Shown in pieces: positions 26,531-39,485 of a DNA stretch of 64,000 nt. The notes under the pieces were generated by a model. That model was not told where the DNA came from and made no database searches. It worked only from the letters and a program-made list of their open reading frames with translations. The stretch's first letter is position 1; the number at the start of each line of letters is the position of its first letter. The stretch comes from Antedon mediterranea. Its lineage: Eukaryota > Animalia > Echinodermata. A program made the translations under genes and the position numbers. The DNA is taken from assembly GCF_964355755.1 (NCBI RefSeq), contig NC_092676.1, positions 5,185,888 through 5,249,887 on the forward strand. Direction: 5' to 3'.

Positions 26531-29500
26531 TTATTGATGATCCATCGAATCGTCTGCACGAGCGTTTTCATTACCATCATCCTCTGCTTGAATTGTATTA
26601 TCAGACGAATCTAGTCGTGTATAGAATGATCCATGACGCAATTCTAAATATTTCAATACGCTTAAGAGTAAGAACAAAATTGTAGTTAGTAACGTAGTAA
26701 GAATAACCAGCAATATCACGTGGTATCTTTTCATCACTTCACACATTTTGGCCTTTAAAGTACAAGTACTGTAGTCTATTTTTAATTGGGTGATGGAAAA
26801 TTGACTAATTTATTATATAAATCATATGTCATTATCTTCAACTCTTCCTCTGATGCTTCTTGCCTGTTCATTTAGTTTTCGCGTTTGAGTAAACTTTCAA
26901 AACTACGGATAACCAAATACGTAGGAGGCCCACTTACCTACCCGCGCCTACACTAAGCTTTAGTGAGCAAATTGGAACTTCTTCCTTAAGCTTGGTTCCC
27001 ACTAGAACGCAACGCAAGGACGTAAACCGCAACCTATGCGAATTGACCAATCAAAGCGATGGATTATTTGAACTGTCGTTTGTGATTGATCAATTCGGTT
27101 ACGTTACGGTTTACGTCCTTACTTTGCGTCCAAATGGGAACCAAGCTTTATGCCTATGTTACTTGCTAATTAATTCTACTTACCAAACTAAGCAAACGCT
27201 TATTAGCAATATTCCAGTCATGGTGATAAACACAGTTGCAGGGTACGTCTCAACAGTCACCTTGTACAGACTACCAAGGGTTATGGGGCCTAGAAATAAT
27301 CCTAAACCTTCCAATGCGCCGACAAATGCAAACAACGTACCTGCGTGCAAAAATGACCATCGTTAATTGGCGAAAAGTCGTTACAATGACAAAACCATAG
27401 TTACCATACGTATACACTATTCTAATATCTAATAAGGCATATATGTTTGTGTACGATGGCGACAACTTGTTGGTTCAATTATGCTAAATGTTTCCAAATA
27501 AATTCTAGAAATAGTGCTATATTTGGAAATATTATGCATAACTTGACTATTCAGAATTATGCCAGATTATGCTAGATTAAACCAGGGAAGAGTTAAATTA
27601 CAAATTGTAATTTAACTCTTCCCTGATTAAACAATGATAGTTAGCATTATGTTTGATGTTAAATGGGTCAACATTATGCTAGATAGGATATGCCAGATTT
27701 GTCCACTTATACTAAAGCTTGGTTCCAACTTGAATTGGATGCAACAGAACGACTTTGGCCAACGCAAGTGAGTTGACCAATCACAAGCGAGTGATCTATC
27801 ACGTTGTGGTTTCAACAGATTACTTGCGTTCCTATCTATACAAACGTTAAAATACACGAAGTATTATCTATACAAACGTAAAAATACACTAAGTCTTATC
27901 TATACAAACGTTAAAATACACCAAGTCATATCTATACAAACGTTAAAATACCCCAAGTCCTATCTATACAAACGTTAAAATACACCAAGTCATATCTATA
28001 CAAACGTTAAAATACTCCAAATCATATCTATACAAACGTTAAAATACACCAAGTCTTATCTATACAAACGTTAAAATACACCAAGTCCTATCTATACAAA
28101 CGTTAAAATACACCAAGTCTTATCTATACAAACGTTAAAATACACCAAGTCATATCTATACAAACGTTAAAATACATCAAGTCCTATCTATACAAACGTT
28201 AAAATACACCAAGTCATATCTATACAAACTTTAAAATACTCCAAGTCATATATCTATACAAACGTTAAAATACACCAAGTCCTATCTATACAAACGTTAA
28301 AATACACCAAGTCATATCTATACAAACGTAAAAATACACCAAGTCATATCTATACAAACGTTAAAATACACCAAGTCATATCTATAGAAACGTTAAAATA
28401 CTCCAAGTCATATCTATACAAACGTTAAAATACTCCAAGTCCTATCTATACAAACGTTAAAATACTCCAAGTCCTATCTATAGAAACGTTAAAATACTCC
28501 AAGTCTTATCTATACAAACGTTAAAATACCTTGTTCTTTGTCATCAACCGTCTTAGAAAGTAAGGCCATTAAAACAGCAAACGGAATATTTCGAAGAGCT
28601 CCGATTCCAGCCACTACGAATTAAATAAGAGAAAGGCTAGAAAGACATTGATACGCAATTGCATGGAATAATGTAGTATCTAGTGTATAGGCTTACGATA
28701 TCCTTTTAGAATAACTGCCCTCTTCCTTACCAATAAACATCTCTTCAGTCGTGGTGGCAATTCCGACTCCAATCATTAACAGGATACCTGACAACAGGCC
28801 TACGATTATCATTCCATAGTCTCCTAGGCACTGTTTTAAGATATAACCACCACAAAGCAGACCTAATGAAGATAACAGTTGTTAATCAGAGTTTTATTCA
28901 AATTCAAATTCAAATAAACATTTATTTCTTTCATTCATATTTGAGTAAAAAACATTATAATTTCTGATATTTTATAAATAAATATTTTTTTTTTTTTTAG
29001 AGATATAATACAGTAAATCATAATGTATAAAAAGATGATTCAGTTATATACAAAATGAAAGAGGCAAAAAAAACCAAGAAAGTATCGATCAATTGGAAAA
29101 AAAAAATCCAATTGAAACTTGTATGTTGGGAAGCCATGTAAGAAGATTATATACTTATATATATAAATGTAAACATATAACTACACAAACACATATAGAT
29201 CAACAGACACACACACACACACACACCAACATTGCGTGAATGTCTCGATCGCTATGTAGTTTTTTGTCATCCGGGTTAGCTGTCACTTTCATGGAACGAA
29301 AGTAATTTGACCAATCACAAGCGGTTTGTTGATTGTTCAAAATATTTATGTTAATAGTGCGCGGTACGTACTTCCGTAACGAGAGCACCAAGCTGCATCG
29401 TGATACGGCAACTACACGTAAAATTAACTAGACTATCTTTCTATCATCCAAGTATATCTCGACTCATAGTAAATGAATACAATTGCACATAATGGTCCGT

Positions 29501-30606
29501 TCTGGCTTAGTTATTTAGCCTGCTAAATTGGTTGCCTAGCCACCAAAGTAAGCGAGAATTGGCCCATGAAACCAACATTTCCGGGTACAATAACTAAGTC
29601 TGAACGGCCCCCACAATGGCCTTGAAAAGACCAGCACACAGTTCTTACCAATTCCTGCAAATATCGGCTGTGACGCAGAGTAGTAGCCAATCAAAACGGA
29701 GTTCCAGCAAAACGGTTTTGAAAGCACCTTCAAGTACACGACAGGCATGAAGTACATGACGGTAGTAAACACAAGAAAATGACAAAGAAACAGCAAAATA
29801 ATCTTAATTCGTCTCTGAGATTTGGTGGAAGTAAACAATATTCTTACAGAAGAAAAGAACTTGGTAAGACCAAAGCAAATAGATTGTTTTGTTGTGACCG
29901 TTTCTGGTATAATAAATATTATGTATGGAACAACTATCATAAAGAGGCCAGCTGCAAGACAATATGGCGGAATAAATCCTGTAGCATCGACCCAGTATCC
30001 GACCCCAACTTGTGCAAGGCCAGAGCCACACATTACTAACGTCTGTAGTATTATAAATTTCATAGTGCGTTGGCGCTTTTTGGCAGTGTCAGCCACAATG
30101 GCTAAAGACACGGAAAAGAACAACTGGTATCCACCAAAACAGTTCCAGACAAAGTTTCCGATCACCAGATATGTCAAAGGCAAGGACAAATATGCCACAG
30201 TTATAACAGTCAGACATTGGGAAATTATTCCAAAATTTGATATTAATAGAGGTATTTTCCGTCCGATGGTATCACTAATAGTGGCGAATATTGTTGTTGA
30301 AATTAGCATAGGGAACGCGCCACATGCTCCGTATGCTAGGCTCCATGCTGTAACCTCTTGTTGTACTTGGTCCTGTAGTGAACTATCATTGGCATCATCT
30401 GAATCGTTCAAACAATTCGATTTGCTTGTCTCCGATGTCAGGTTGTATTTCTGACGTACTCGATGGTTAACATACTGTATTGTGATAGGCGCAGTTAGCC
30501 CAACACCGATCATTACAAGAAGCATAGCTGGTTCGATAAAGACACGACGTGGTCGATTGGCACCAGGTCTTCTGACAATTGGCGGTTCTTTTTCTGTCGT
30601 ATCCAT
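26531..30606 (-). CDS. SLC46-family (PCFT-like) MFS transporter, paralogue B, ~486 aa; coding exons 30606-29649, 28862-28731, 28613-28530, 27340-27184, 26660-26531
   Basis: Family motifs VFIEP, QYV, SDTIGRK, IVADT, PFCW and LSKTVDDKEQG-TLFA. GT-AG junctions and an open joined frame (1461 nt). Acceptor ttcttgcag lies just upstream of the ATG. C-terminal YTRL. Confidence 0.9.
26989..27147. mobile_element. PIF/Harbinger-type MITE in intron 4 of paralogue B
   Basis: TIR AGCTTGGTTCCCA / TGGGAACCAAGCT, TSD TTA (26986-26988 and 27148-27150), internally palindromic. Confidence 0.85.
27833..28529. repeat. 30-bp minisatellite (~23 units) at the start of intron 3 of paralogue B
   Basis: Unit tatctatacaaacgttaaaatacaccaagtc(a/c/t). 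The array abuts the exon 3 donor. Confidence 0.95.
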
Positions 30607-30659
30607 AATTGAAATTCCTGCAAGAAACAAACTGACAATACTAATAGTGTTTTAGCGTA

Positions 30660-30980
30660 AGCGCTAGGCCAGGTCATAGCATGAAATCAGCACCGGGCTG
30701 AGACTCTCCTCGACCATGTCCATATGCTGGTGGTAGGTCTTCTTTATAAAGGACAGAAACAGACTGGATTTCGAATGTGCCTCAAAGAACCCATCTTTCG
30801 GAAGAGTAGGGGTTGGTTATCCTACTGAACCACCTACATCTCCTGTCGTTGAGTACAGACGAAGACGAATGAGCGCCGTTTAGATTGGCAGCTCGAAATG
30901 AATAACCATTTGGGCCGCAAGAAGTCCAGATCTGTACGTCAGCCGAGCCCAGTAGGCTGTAAGACACGGGTTATTCCCAC
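30660..30980 (+). mobile_element. Possible degenerate SINE (Deu-like central domain)
   Basis: ggtcttctttataaaggac... and aaagaacccatctttcggaagagtagggg resemble remembered SINE central-domain motifs. GC-richer than its flanks. Confidence 0.35.
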
Positions 30981-31857
30981 ATTTATATATAAAGGAATTA
31001 TAATAATATTCACAATAACGTAACACACTTACTATGCAACATACCGTATGTAATGTGTACGCACGTGCTTAATACGTTAGCTAATTATTCTAAACTTTCA
31101 CAAAAGGTCTTTCTCATTTTGTTACTCCCCATCTCGTTCGAGAAAGTATCATATATTAGTACGTGTACTCACCTTAAATGAATATGTTACTTTATACGCC
31201 GACACCATCTGTTCTAACCAATATAGAGCGGCTAAATGATGGAATGCATCGAACTTTGTCGGCCTACCTGTAAGAAAATATAGCCTCCATGACACTTGAG
31301 TATGCCCACCTATAAAGTAAACATAAAATAACATGCGATGTAACTTAACGATACCTGCACATGTGTTTTATTGCATATAGGCTACAGTAATAAAGATTTG
31401 CGCTCATGTTCATAAATCCCGATCAGGTACGAGAATGTCTCTACACATTCTCAATTTGACTTCCGACGATCAACCCCAACTCCCACCCCCACCTCAATCT
31501 TATTTGAGTAGTAGTTTACAGTAATGCATGATGGGCAAGGAAAAACAATGCTACAAAACGGCCAGATGTTTTATATATAAATCCTAGACCCACATGTTGA
31601 AAACGGATGTTGTGATCGTCGAGCTGTAAGGCGATGCAAACGCATATAAGTGCGATGTATTAAATCGCCAACTGGCTTAGCTTTATTATACTATTGAACT
31701 GGGTCCATCGTATAAATTCATACCATTCTAAAGCTCTGTCTACACTATCAAACTTTATGTGACAACAAAATGTGATGTGCCCATATATGGACATGATGTC
31801 ATATCACTAGTTACATTTGGACATATATCACTACCACCATCATGGAGTAAAGAATGC

Positions 31858-34800
31858 TACTGTTATGCGCGATTTGAACGATTTGCGAAATTTGAAATTG
31901 CGCAAAAAAATCCTTGCGCAATTTGAAATTGCGCAAAGAATTCTTGCGCAATTTAAAATTGCGCAAGGATTTTTTTGCGCAATTTCAAATTGCGCAATCA
32001 ACTTGCGCAATTCCAAATTGCGCAAGAAAATCTTTGCGCAATTTTAAATTGCGCTGCACAATTTGTAAATTGCGCAAGATAGTTCTTGCGCAATATGACA
32101 CCTTTGCGCAATTTGAAAACGAACTGTAAATTTTCAAATTGCGCAACAAAATTCTACCAGACAATCGGTATTAATAATTTATTGGAAACTAAATAACTCA
32201 AAATAAAACATAATAAATGCGAAGGTGTGTGTAATAAATACATAACATTTATTATACAATTAAATAATATTATCACTGTAACTTGAAATAAATCAAAATA
32301 AATGTAAAAACTAGATTTAATTCGTCACTATGACGAATTATAGGTTATATGCATTGATTTTAATAAAGATAATTGATTTTTAAAAGATATTTTGATTCAT
32401 TGATTTTCTCAGATTCTTTAATTATTTATAATATATGATAGGACCTTGCTAACGCGAATACAATAGCCGGTATCACAATCCGATCAAAGATCCCTCTGCG
32501 TATAATGTCATAAACCACATTTGCTGTTACATAATAATAAAGACATAAGTTATTTTTTATCTAGATTTCATTATAAATCATGTGTATAATATATACACTA
32601 AGAAATAAATTTGAACAAACAATACGGATAATAAAAAAAAAATCTTATTTCGTTTCCCAAGGTGAGACTCGATCTCGGTACCTTGAGTGCCATAGACACG
32701 AGCACACACCACCGAGCCATACACAACTGTCTAAAAATTGTAGAAAAATTCCTCCGTGTATTTACTATGCAGTAACCACTTTGGTGCAGATAGATTATTA
32801 CATACCGCAATGAATTATAATTTTTTACTATGATGACATCTCTAAAAATGTACAAAAATGATGCACAGTCAAACTATATACTTTTAACTTTAATATATGA
32901 ACTTTTGGAGGAAGAAAGTTAATGTTAAGTTTGTTATTTTGGCCTAAGAAAATGTCATAATTTGTTTGATTGTCGAAATGAATTTTTTTAAATTTAATAT
33001 GCAATTAATTATGGCTTAATCAACTTTTGTTCCCTTAGTTTAATAATAAATCATACATAAGATACATACACTTCAAGAAAATGAAATAAAAAATATGTGT
33101 TCCCGAGCATTCTGACGATCTATATTAATTTTAAAATTTAGCATATTTTCACCATTTTGTTAACTTACACGTGCGTAGCCTGTCACTTTTGACGTGCTCG
33201 TATAAGGCAATTACGCGTTGAAAAGTGAATAAAATATGATGATATTATTAAAGAAAGGTTGTACAACCGAAATCGGACAAAAAGAGTGCGCATTAACGTA
33301 TAACGCGCAGTGCGCGTGCAAAAATCTGCGCACTCATGGCAATTTTTAAACGCTTAAAATTGCCTGAAACGTACTCTAATTTCATCGAAAATAAATTTTG
33401 ACAATTTTGAACATTTTAAGCGCGCGTACGCAAGCGTTATATGCGCTACGCACGTAATTGTATTGCCATATGATGAAATATGACCTGAAATTTATGAGTA
33501 CCAAATTTTGTTTAATTGTGATTCATGCTTGTGAAGATATGATTACAAACGTGATTTCGTAAAATCGCGCGTAGACCGCGTAATTTTTGATTACGCATCG
33601 TGAAAATATAACCACATCGATTCCTGGCCATAAGGAATATACTCTGAAAAATTGACTTAGATAGATGAAACTGATATCAAGATAATTCACGGACAAAATA
33701 GTGCTAAGGAAAGAATAAATAAATAAACTAGATTTAATTCGTCACTATGACGAATTATAGGTTATATGCATTGATTTTAATAAAGATAATTGATTTTTAA
33801 AAGATATTTTGATTCATTGATTTTCTCAGATTCTATAATTATTTATAATATATGATAGGACCTTGCTAACGCGAATACAATAGCCGGTATCACAATCCGA
33901 TCAAAGATCCCTCTGCGTATAATGTCATAAACCACATTTGCTGTTACATAATAATAAAGACATAAGTTATTTTTTATCTAGATTTCATTATAAATCATGT
34001 GTATAATATATACACTAAGAAATAAATTTGAACAAACAATACGGATAATAAAAAAAAAAATCTTATTTCGTTTCCCAAGGTGAGACTCGATCTCGGTACC
34101 TTGAGTGCCATAGACACGAGCACACACCACCGAGCCATACACAACTGTCTAAAAATTGTAGAAAAATTCCTCCGTGTATTTACTATGCAGTAACCACTTT
34201 GGTGCAGATAGATTATTAAATACCGCAATGAATTATAATTTTTTACTATGATGACATCTCTAAAAATGTACAAAAATGATGCACTGTCAAACTATATACT
34301 TTTAACTTTAATATATGAACTTTTGGAGGAAGAAAGTTAATGTTAAGTTTGTTATTTTGGCCTAAGAAAATGTCATAATTTGTTTGATTGTCGAAATGAA
34401 TTTTTTTTAATTTAATATGCAATCAATTATGGCTTAATCAACTTTTGTTCCCTTAGTTTAATAATAAATCATACATAAGATACATACACTTCAAGAAAAT
34501 GAAATAAAAAATATGTGTTCCCGAGCATTTTGACGATCTATATTAATTTTAAAATTTAGCATATTTTCACCATTTTGTTAACTTACACGTGCGTAGCCTG
34601 TCACTTTTGACGTGCTCGTATAAGGCAATTACGCGTTGAAAAGTGAATAAAATATGATGATATTATTAAAGAAAGGTTGTACAACCGAAATCGGACAAAA
34701 AGAGTGCGCATTAACGTATAACGCGCAGTGCGCGTGCAAAAATCTGCGCACTCATGGCAATTTTTTAAACGCTTAAAATTGCCTGAAACGTACTCTAATT

Positions 34801-35690
34801 TCATCGAAAATAAATTTTGACAATTTTGAACATTTTAAGCGCGCGTACGCAAGCGTTATATGCGCTACGCACGTAATTGTATTGCCATATGATGAAATAT
34901 GACCTGAAATTTATGAGTACCAAATTTTGTTTAATTGTGATTCATGCTTGTGAAGATATGATTACAAACGTGATTTCGTAAAATCGCGCGTAGACCGCGT
35001 AATTTTTGATTACGCATCGTGAAAATATAACCACATCGATTCCTGGCCATAAGGAATATACTCTGAAAAATTGACTTAGATAGATGAAACTGATATCAAG
35101 ATAATTCACGGACAAAATAGTGCTAAGGAAAGAATAAATAAATAAATAAATAAATAAATAAAGATTTTGACAGAATCAAGAGGTTATATGCATATCATGC
35201 ATATAACCTAATAAAGATTTTGACAGAATCAAGAGGTTATATGCATGATAATGCATATAACCTAATTAAGTTTTTAATATTAGTTTAAGCTAGGCCATGT
35301 AACCTAGTCAGTATCAGTAGTCCAGACCCTAGCTAGGCTAGAGTAGTATAGCCGGCCGCCCGCGCCGCGCCCGCCTGGTGGAACACCACCGCTTCGTTTT
35401 CCTTCGTCGGTTCTTCGACGGTATGCTAACTTATAACAATATTTGCACTACTAAAATAAGGAAATGCGATATTTATCTTTAATTTTGAATCATTCTTAGA
35501 AATTACTATAAAAATATGGGTGTGCATGATTTCACAATCTGTCGAAAAACCTTGCGCAATTTGCAGATTACTTGCGCAATTTAATACGTTGCTTGCGCAA
35601 TTTGAAACACATGTTTCAATTCAAATTGCGCAAGGATTTTTTTTGCGCAATTTCAAATTGCGCAAATCGTTCAAATCGCGCATAACACTA
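31858..35690. mobile_element. TIR element with AATTGCGCAA subterminal repeats (hAT-like ends), interrupted
   Basis: TIR tgttatgcgcgatttgaacgatttgcg...aaattgcgcaaaaaaaatccttgcgcaatttgaa, with its reverse complement ending ...aaatcgcgcataacacta. TSD not clear. Confidence 0.7.
32309..35266 (-). mobile_element. Helentron-type non-autonomous element (HINE/DINE-1-like, ~1.47 kb) with a second copy (33726-35212) inserted into its own microsatellite
   Basis: On the minus strand: 5' subTIR plus palindrome (taggttatatgcat...atgcatataacct), (TTTA)n, body, then 3' subTIR plus stem-loop (ttcgtca-tag-tgacgaa) ending ctagtt. Two near-identical bodies and two stacked 5' ends are present. Confidence 0.8.
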
Positions 35691-36449
35691 CTACCATACT
35701 TGGGCGTGACATCACACTTTTTTTGTCAAACTAGTTTGATTGTGTAGACATATCTTTAGAATAAACTACTGGATTTATTTCCTTGATAAACTCTGATAAT
35801 TTTAAAATTCTGGTCTAGTCAATGATTTTATATAGCCTTCGGCTTATAAGATCTTGCTGGGTCTAGTAGGATCACAGAGTTCGTGTACCACAAGTTGCAA
35901 GATATTAAGATTAAATATTCATTGTCAAGATATAGGCTACAGCTATGCACTTCTAAATACCTTAGCCTATAAATAGCATGTATTTGCAATTCCAGAGAAA
36001 TATTATATATAAATTGACCAACTGCGTAAGTTCTACTAAATTCTACTCCCCCTCCCCCTCCCCCTCAAGTAAGCACAGTCTCAGCCTAGTTAAAACTTAA
36101 AACAACACAGTTTGTACAGTATATACAGTACAATAGGCCTACTAACCTCGGTTTCACTAGAACTAGGTCATGTTATTCATCTGTTTTGGACTCATATCAC
36201 AGTAAGACCAGGCCAGCTCTACGTGTAACATTTTCCAACTTGACGCAGTCAACGGTTCTGTACTAGGCCTAGCTTCAAGGTCTTCTGAATATGATTCGTA
36301 CTTTAACAATGCCTTTTTAATATTAGGATCACCAGACTGGTTTGGAGTGGAGGAAGTAAAATTTTGTCCGAGAATTAAGCAATAATGAGTCATGGTTCAT
36401 TTAATTAGAAACAATCATTCGAAAACGATTGTCGCTCCGCGTTGTTAAT

Positions 36450-36731
36450 TACGGGGCGCCGTCCGACACACTACATAATTATTCTGTCATACAAAACATA
36501 TTATGATGTGTATATATTATAGACAATGTAAAAGACAAACAAAATGGTTTGTAAAAGATAATGGTTTGTAAAAGATAAATCATTGTTTGTCTTTTCAAAC
36601 GATATAGTTTGTTTTTATAGACAAGCTATTTTTACAATCAATGATTTGTCTTTTACAAACCATTTTGTTTGTCTTTTACAAACCATAGGACCATAGTTTT
36701 TCGGACAGAGTGTGTCGGACGGCGCCCCGTG
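36450..36731. mobile_element. MITE with TACGG-type ends (IS3EU-like)
   Basis: TIR TACGGGGCGCCGTCCGACACACT / AGTGTGTCGGACGGCGCCCCGTG and 6-bp TSD gttaat/gttcat. A longer degraded relative lies at ~38600-39250. Confidence 0.7.
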
Positions 36732-39485
36732 GTTCATTCTAAATTCTGATTCATGATGAATGCTAAACACGGAAAATAAGGTGAAGATCAGAAGATCATC
36801 TTTGAATAGACCGGGATTTTTTTTTTAGTTTCAATAGGCCAAAAAAGTTATTCACTTTATTCATTGAACAATATTTCGCTTATTAAAAGACAACATATGC
36901 TTAAACATCAATCAGTTAGACAACAAGGATTTAGTGATTTTTTTTTTCTAATCCCCAGGTCAATGTAATGTTGTGTGACATTAAATACGGCGGCAAATAG
37001 ATCTAGGTGATGAGTTAGATATAAAGCGGCAATACAGTGGGTGACAGAGCCAACTCATTGGTCAGAAAATTTAGATGGACCAGAGATTCCGAAATAAAAG
37101 ATTGAATGAATATTAAGAATACAAAAATAATGCTTAAAAAATACTAAACAAACACATTAACAAAACAATAAACAAGAAATATTTCTTACCAAAAACGCCG
37201 CTCGAATTTTTGACTGTTTATGATTGTCTTCATTAAATGATGTTTTTTTTTATGATATTCTATTTAATAATTTAGGAAATAATGATTTATTATAGCAGAA
37301 TGACAATCCAAAAAACCCAAACTGACATGGTTGAAAATGATTCAACAACAATTAAATGAGTTAGGTTAAGAATATCAACTACACCGACATCTAAACTTTG
37401 GCAAAGTGACAGAGCAACTCAAAACAAATAATTAAGGGCGCTATGTAGAGAAAGACGAGCGTCGGAGGGAGGGGGTGGGGGTTCGGATGTTATGTCAAGA
37501 CAACCTAATAGAAGTACATAATGACTAATTTCCAACAGGATTGGAATATTATCACCTATAAAAGAAAGGACAGCTCGTAAGAACTATAAAGAAGATATCT
37601 AATTGAAAAGAATAATATTTACAATTTAAAGCACACAAATCTAGGAATTTTTGCTAACAAAACTCTTATTTTATCTTAAGCATGAAAACAATTCATTAAA
37701 TATATCAAATCAATAATAATATGTTGATTTAATACAGTTGTAGCACAAGAGAAATAATAATAATGTAGGCCTAAGTGCATTGTTATCAATTATGCATATG
37801 CCACAGTGGCTTAGATAATGATCGTAATATATTTCACTAAAAAATTAAACAAGCTTCAACTTAGATTTGATTGGCTGAACTGTTGTGAGTCGTTGATTTT
37901 GATTGGCTGACTTGGCAATGTCGTTCCACTTGCGTATTTTGAACTTCCTGCACAACGACCGTTGCTGCATCAAATCCATTATGATATATGCATAATTCAT
38001 AACAATACTTAGAAATACACATGGTGTGATTATTAGTATTGTTTCAACTATATTTATTATATTGAATTCAACTTGTTTTCCTTTTCTGTTAATATTTGTT
38101 ATTGAAGGTTTGAGTTTTGCCAAGCCAACCAGTTTTGGGCTTTTTTCGGATTTATTTTCTTTTTCACACAGGAACCGTTGTTTTAAAGTAAAAAGTATAA
38201 AATAAGTTTTAAATAACGAAAAACGTTCAGTAAAAAATACAGTTGTTATAATCTGTTTATTGCTCCAATAATTTTCGTATTCCACCTTTGCACAGAAAAA
38301 TCATTATGTCCACTGTACTTTTATTGGCCATAAAACTTTATAAAAAATAACCAAACCCTTTACAAAAAACAATTGACAGCAATTCATAGAAATTATATTA
38401 CATTTAGATTGCCAGATATAATAATTATTCCTAAGTATGTAATATTTTTTTTAACGTAAAAAGATTTATGAAGAGTAAAAGTGGAGGAAAGATGACAGAA
38501 ACCAATTATAGGATTTTGCATTTGTGAGGAGCCTTTTCAGTTAGTTACCAACATATATATTATTGTTATTTGTCATGTTGTGTTGTTGTACAGTACGTTA
38601 CTTGGGTCGTGACATTCACGTTCCCAAAGGAGACGTTTGTCTATAATAAAAAGACAAACTGTGGTTTGTAAATGACAAAACTATGGTCTGTCTTTTTATT
38701 GAAAGACAAACCAAATTGTTTGTTTTTTTTTACAAATCATGGTTTGTCTTTCAATAAAAAGACAAACCATAGTCCGGTTTGTCTTTTCATCGAAAGACGA
38801 ATGCAATTATAAATATATTTTATTTATATATTACGAGCCAGCCCTGTTAGCTAAATTGTGGGTACGAGTTGTAAAAGAAAAATGGCCCATAAAAGACAAA
38901 CCATAGATTTTTTTTTTACCCTTGGCTTTTTATTATAAACAATTGAAAAGACAATTGATAAATGGTTTGTAAACGACAAATCATTCTCTTTTACAAATCA
39001 AAGTTTGTCTTTTTATTAATGACAATTGAAAAGACATCAAATGGTTTGTAATTGTTTGTCTTTTACAAGCCATATAGGTTGTCTTTTACAAACCACAGTT
39101 ACGGTCTTATTATTATAGACGAACAATTGTTTGTCTTTCTTTGAACAAAAAAATGGTTGGTAAAAGACAAACTATAGGCCTATGGTTTGTCTTTTACAAA
39201 CCATTGTTTTTAGGACAGAATAGGTTGTGTGTGTCGGACGGGACCCCGTAGTTCATACTAAATTCTGGTTCATGATGAATGCTAAACATGGAAAATAAGG
39301 TGAAGATCAGAAGATCATCTTTGAAGAATAGACCGTTATTTTTTTAGTTTCAATAGGCCTATAAATTAATCACTTTCACAAAAAAAAAACCACAAAATAT
39401 TTCGCATATAAAAAGACAAAATAGCCTTAAACATCAACCAGTTAGACAACAAGGCTTCAGTGATTTATTTATTTTTTCTAATCCC

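Larger units (their letters stand above)
31732..35756. mobile_element. Harbinger MITE (same family as 25411-25567) split by nested insertions
   Basis: Left half agctctgtctacactatc...atcactacc at 31732-31836. Right half ctaccatacttgggc...gtgtagacatatct at ~35691-35756. Confidence 0.8.

Noticed and set aside
27833-28529. CRISPR-like appearance of 30-bp repeats (also the 22-bp repeats at 54097-55170)
   Set aside because: The repeats are contiguous with no unique spacers, there are no cas genes, and the context is eukaryotic and intronic.
29822-30454. 210-aa ORF on the + strand
   Set aside because: It is the antisense shadow of the SLC46 paralogue B large exon.
36163-38285. ORFs 36163-36393 and 37845-38285 as genes
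   Set aside because: No recognisable domain or supporting splice structure. They are compatible with chance ORFs, though UTR exons cannot be excluded.
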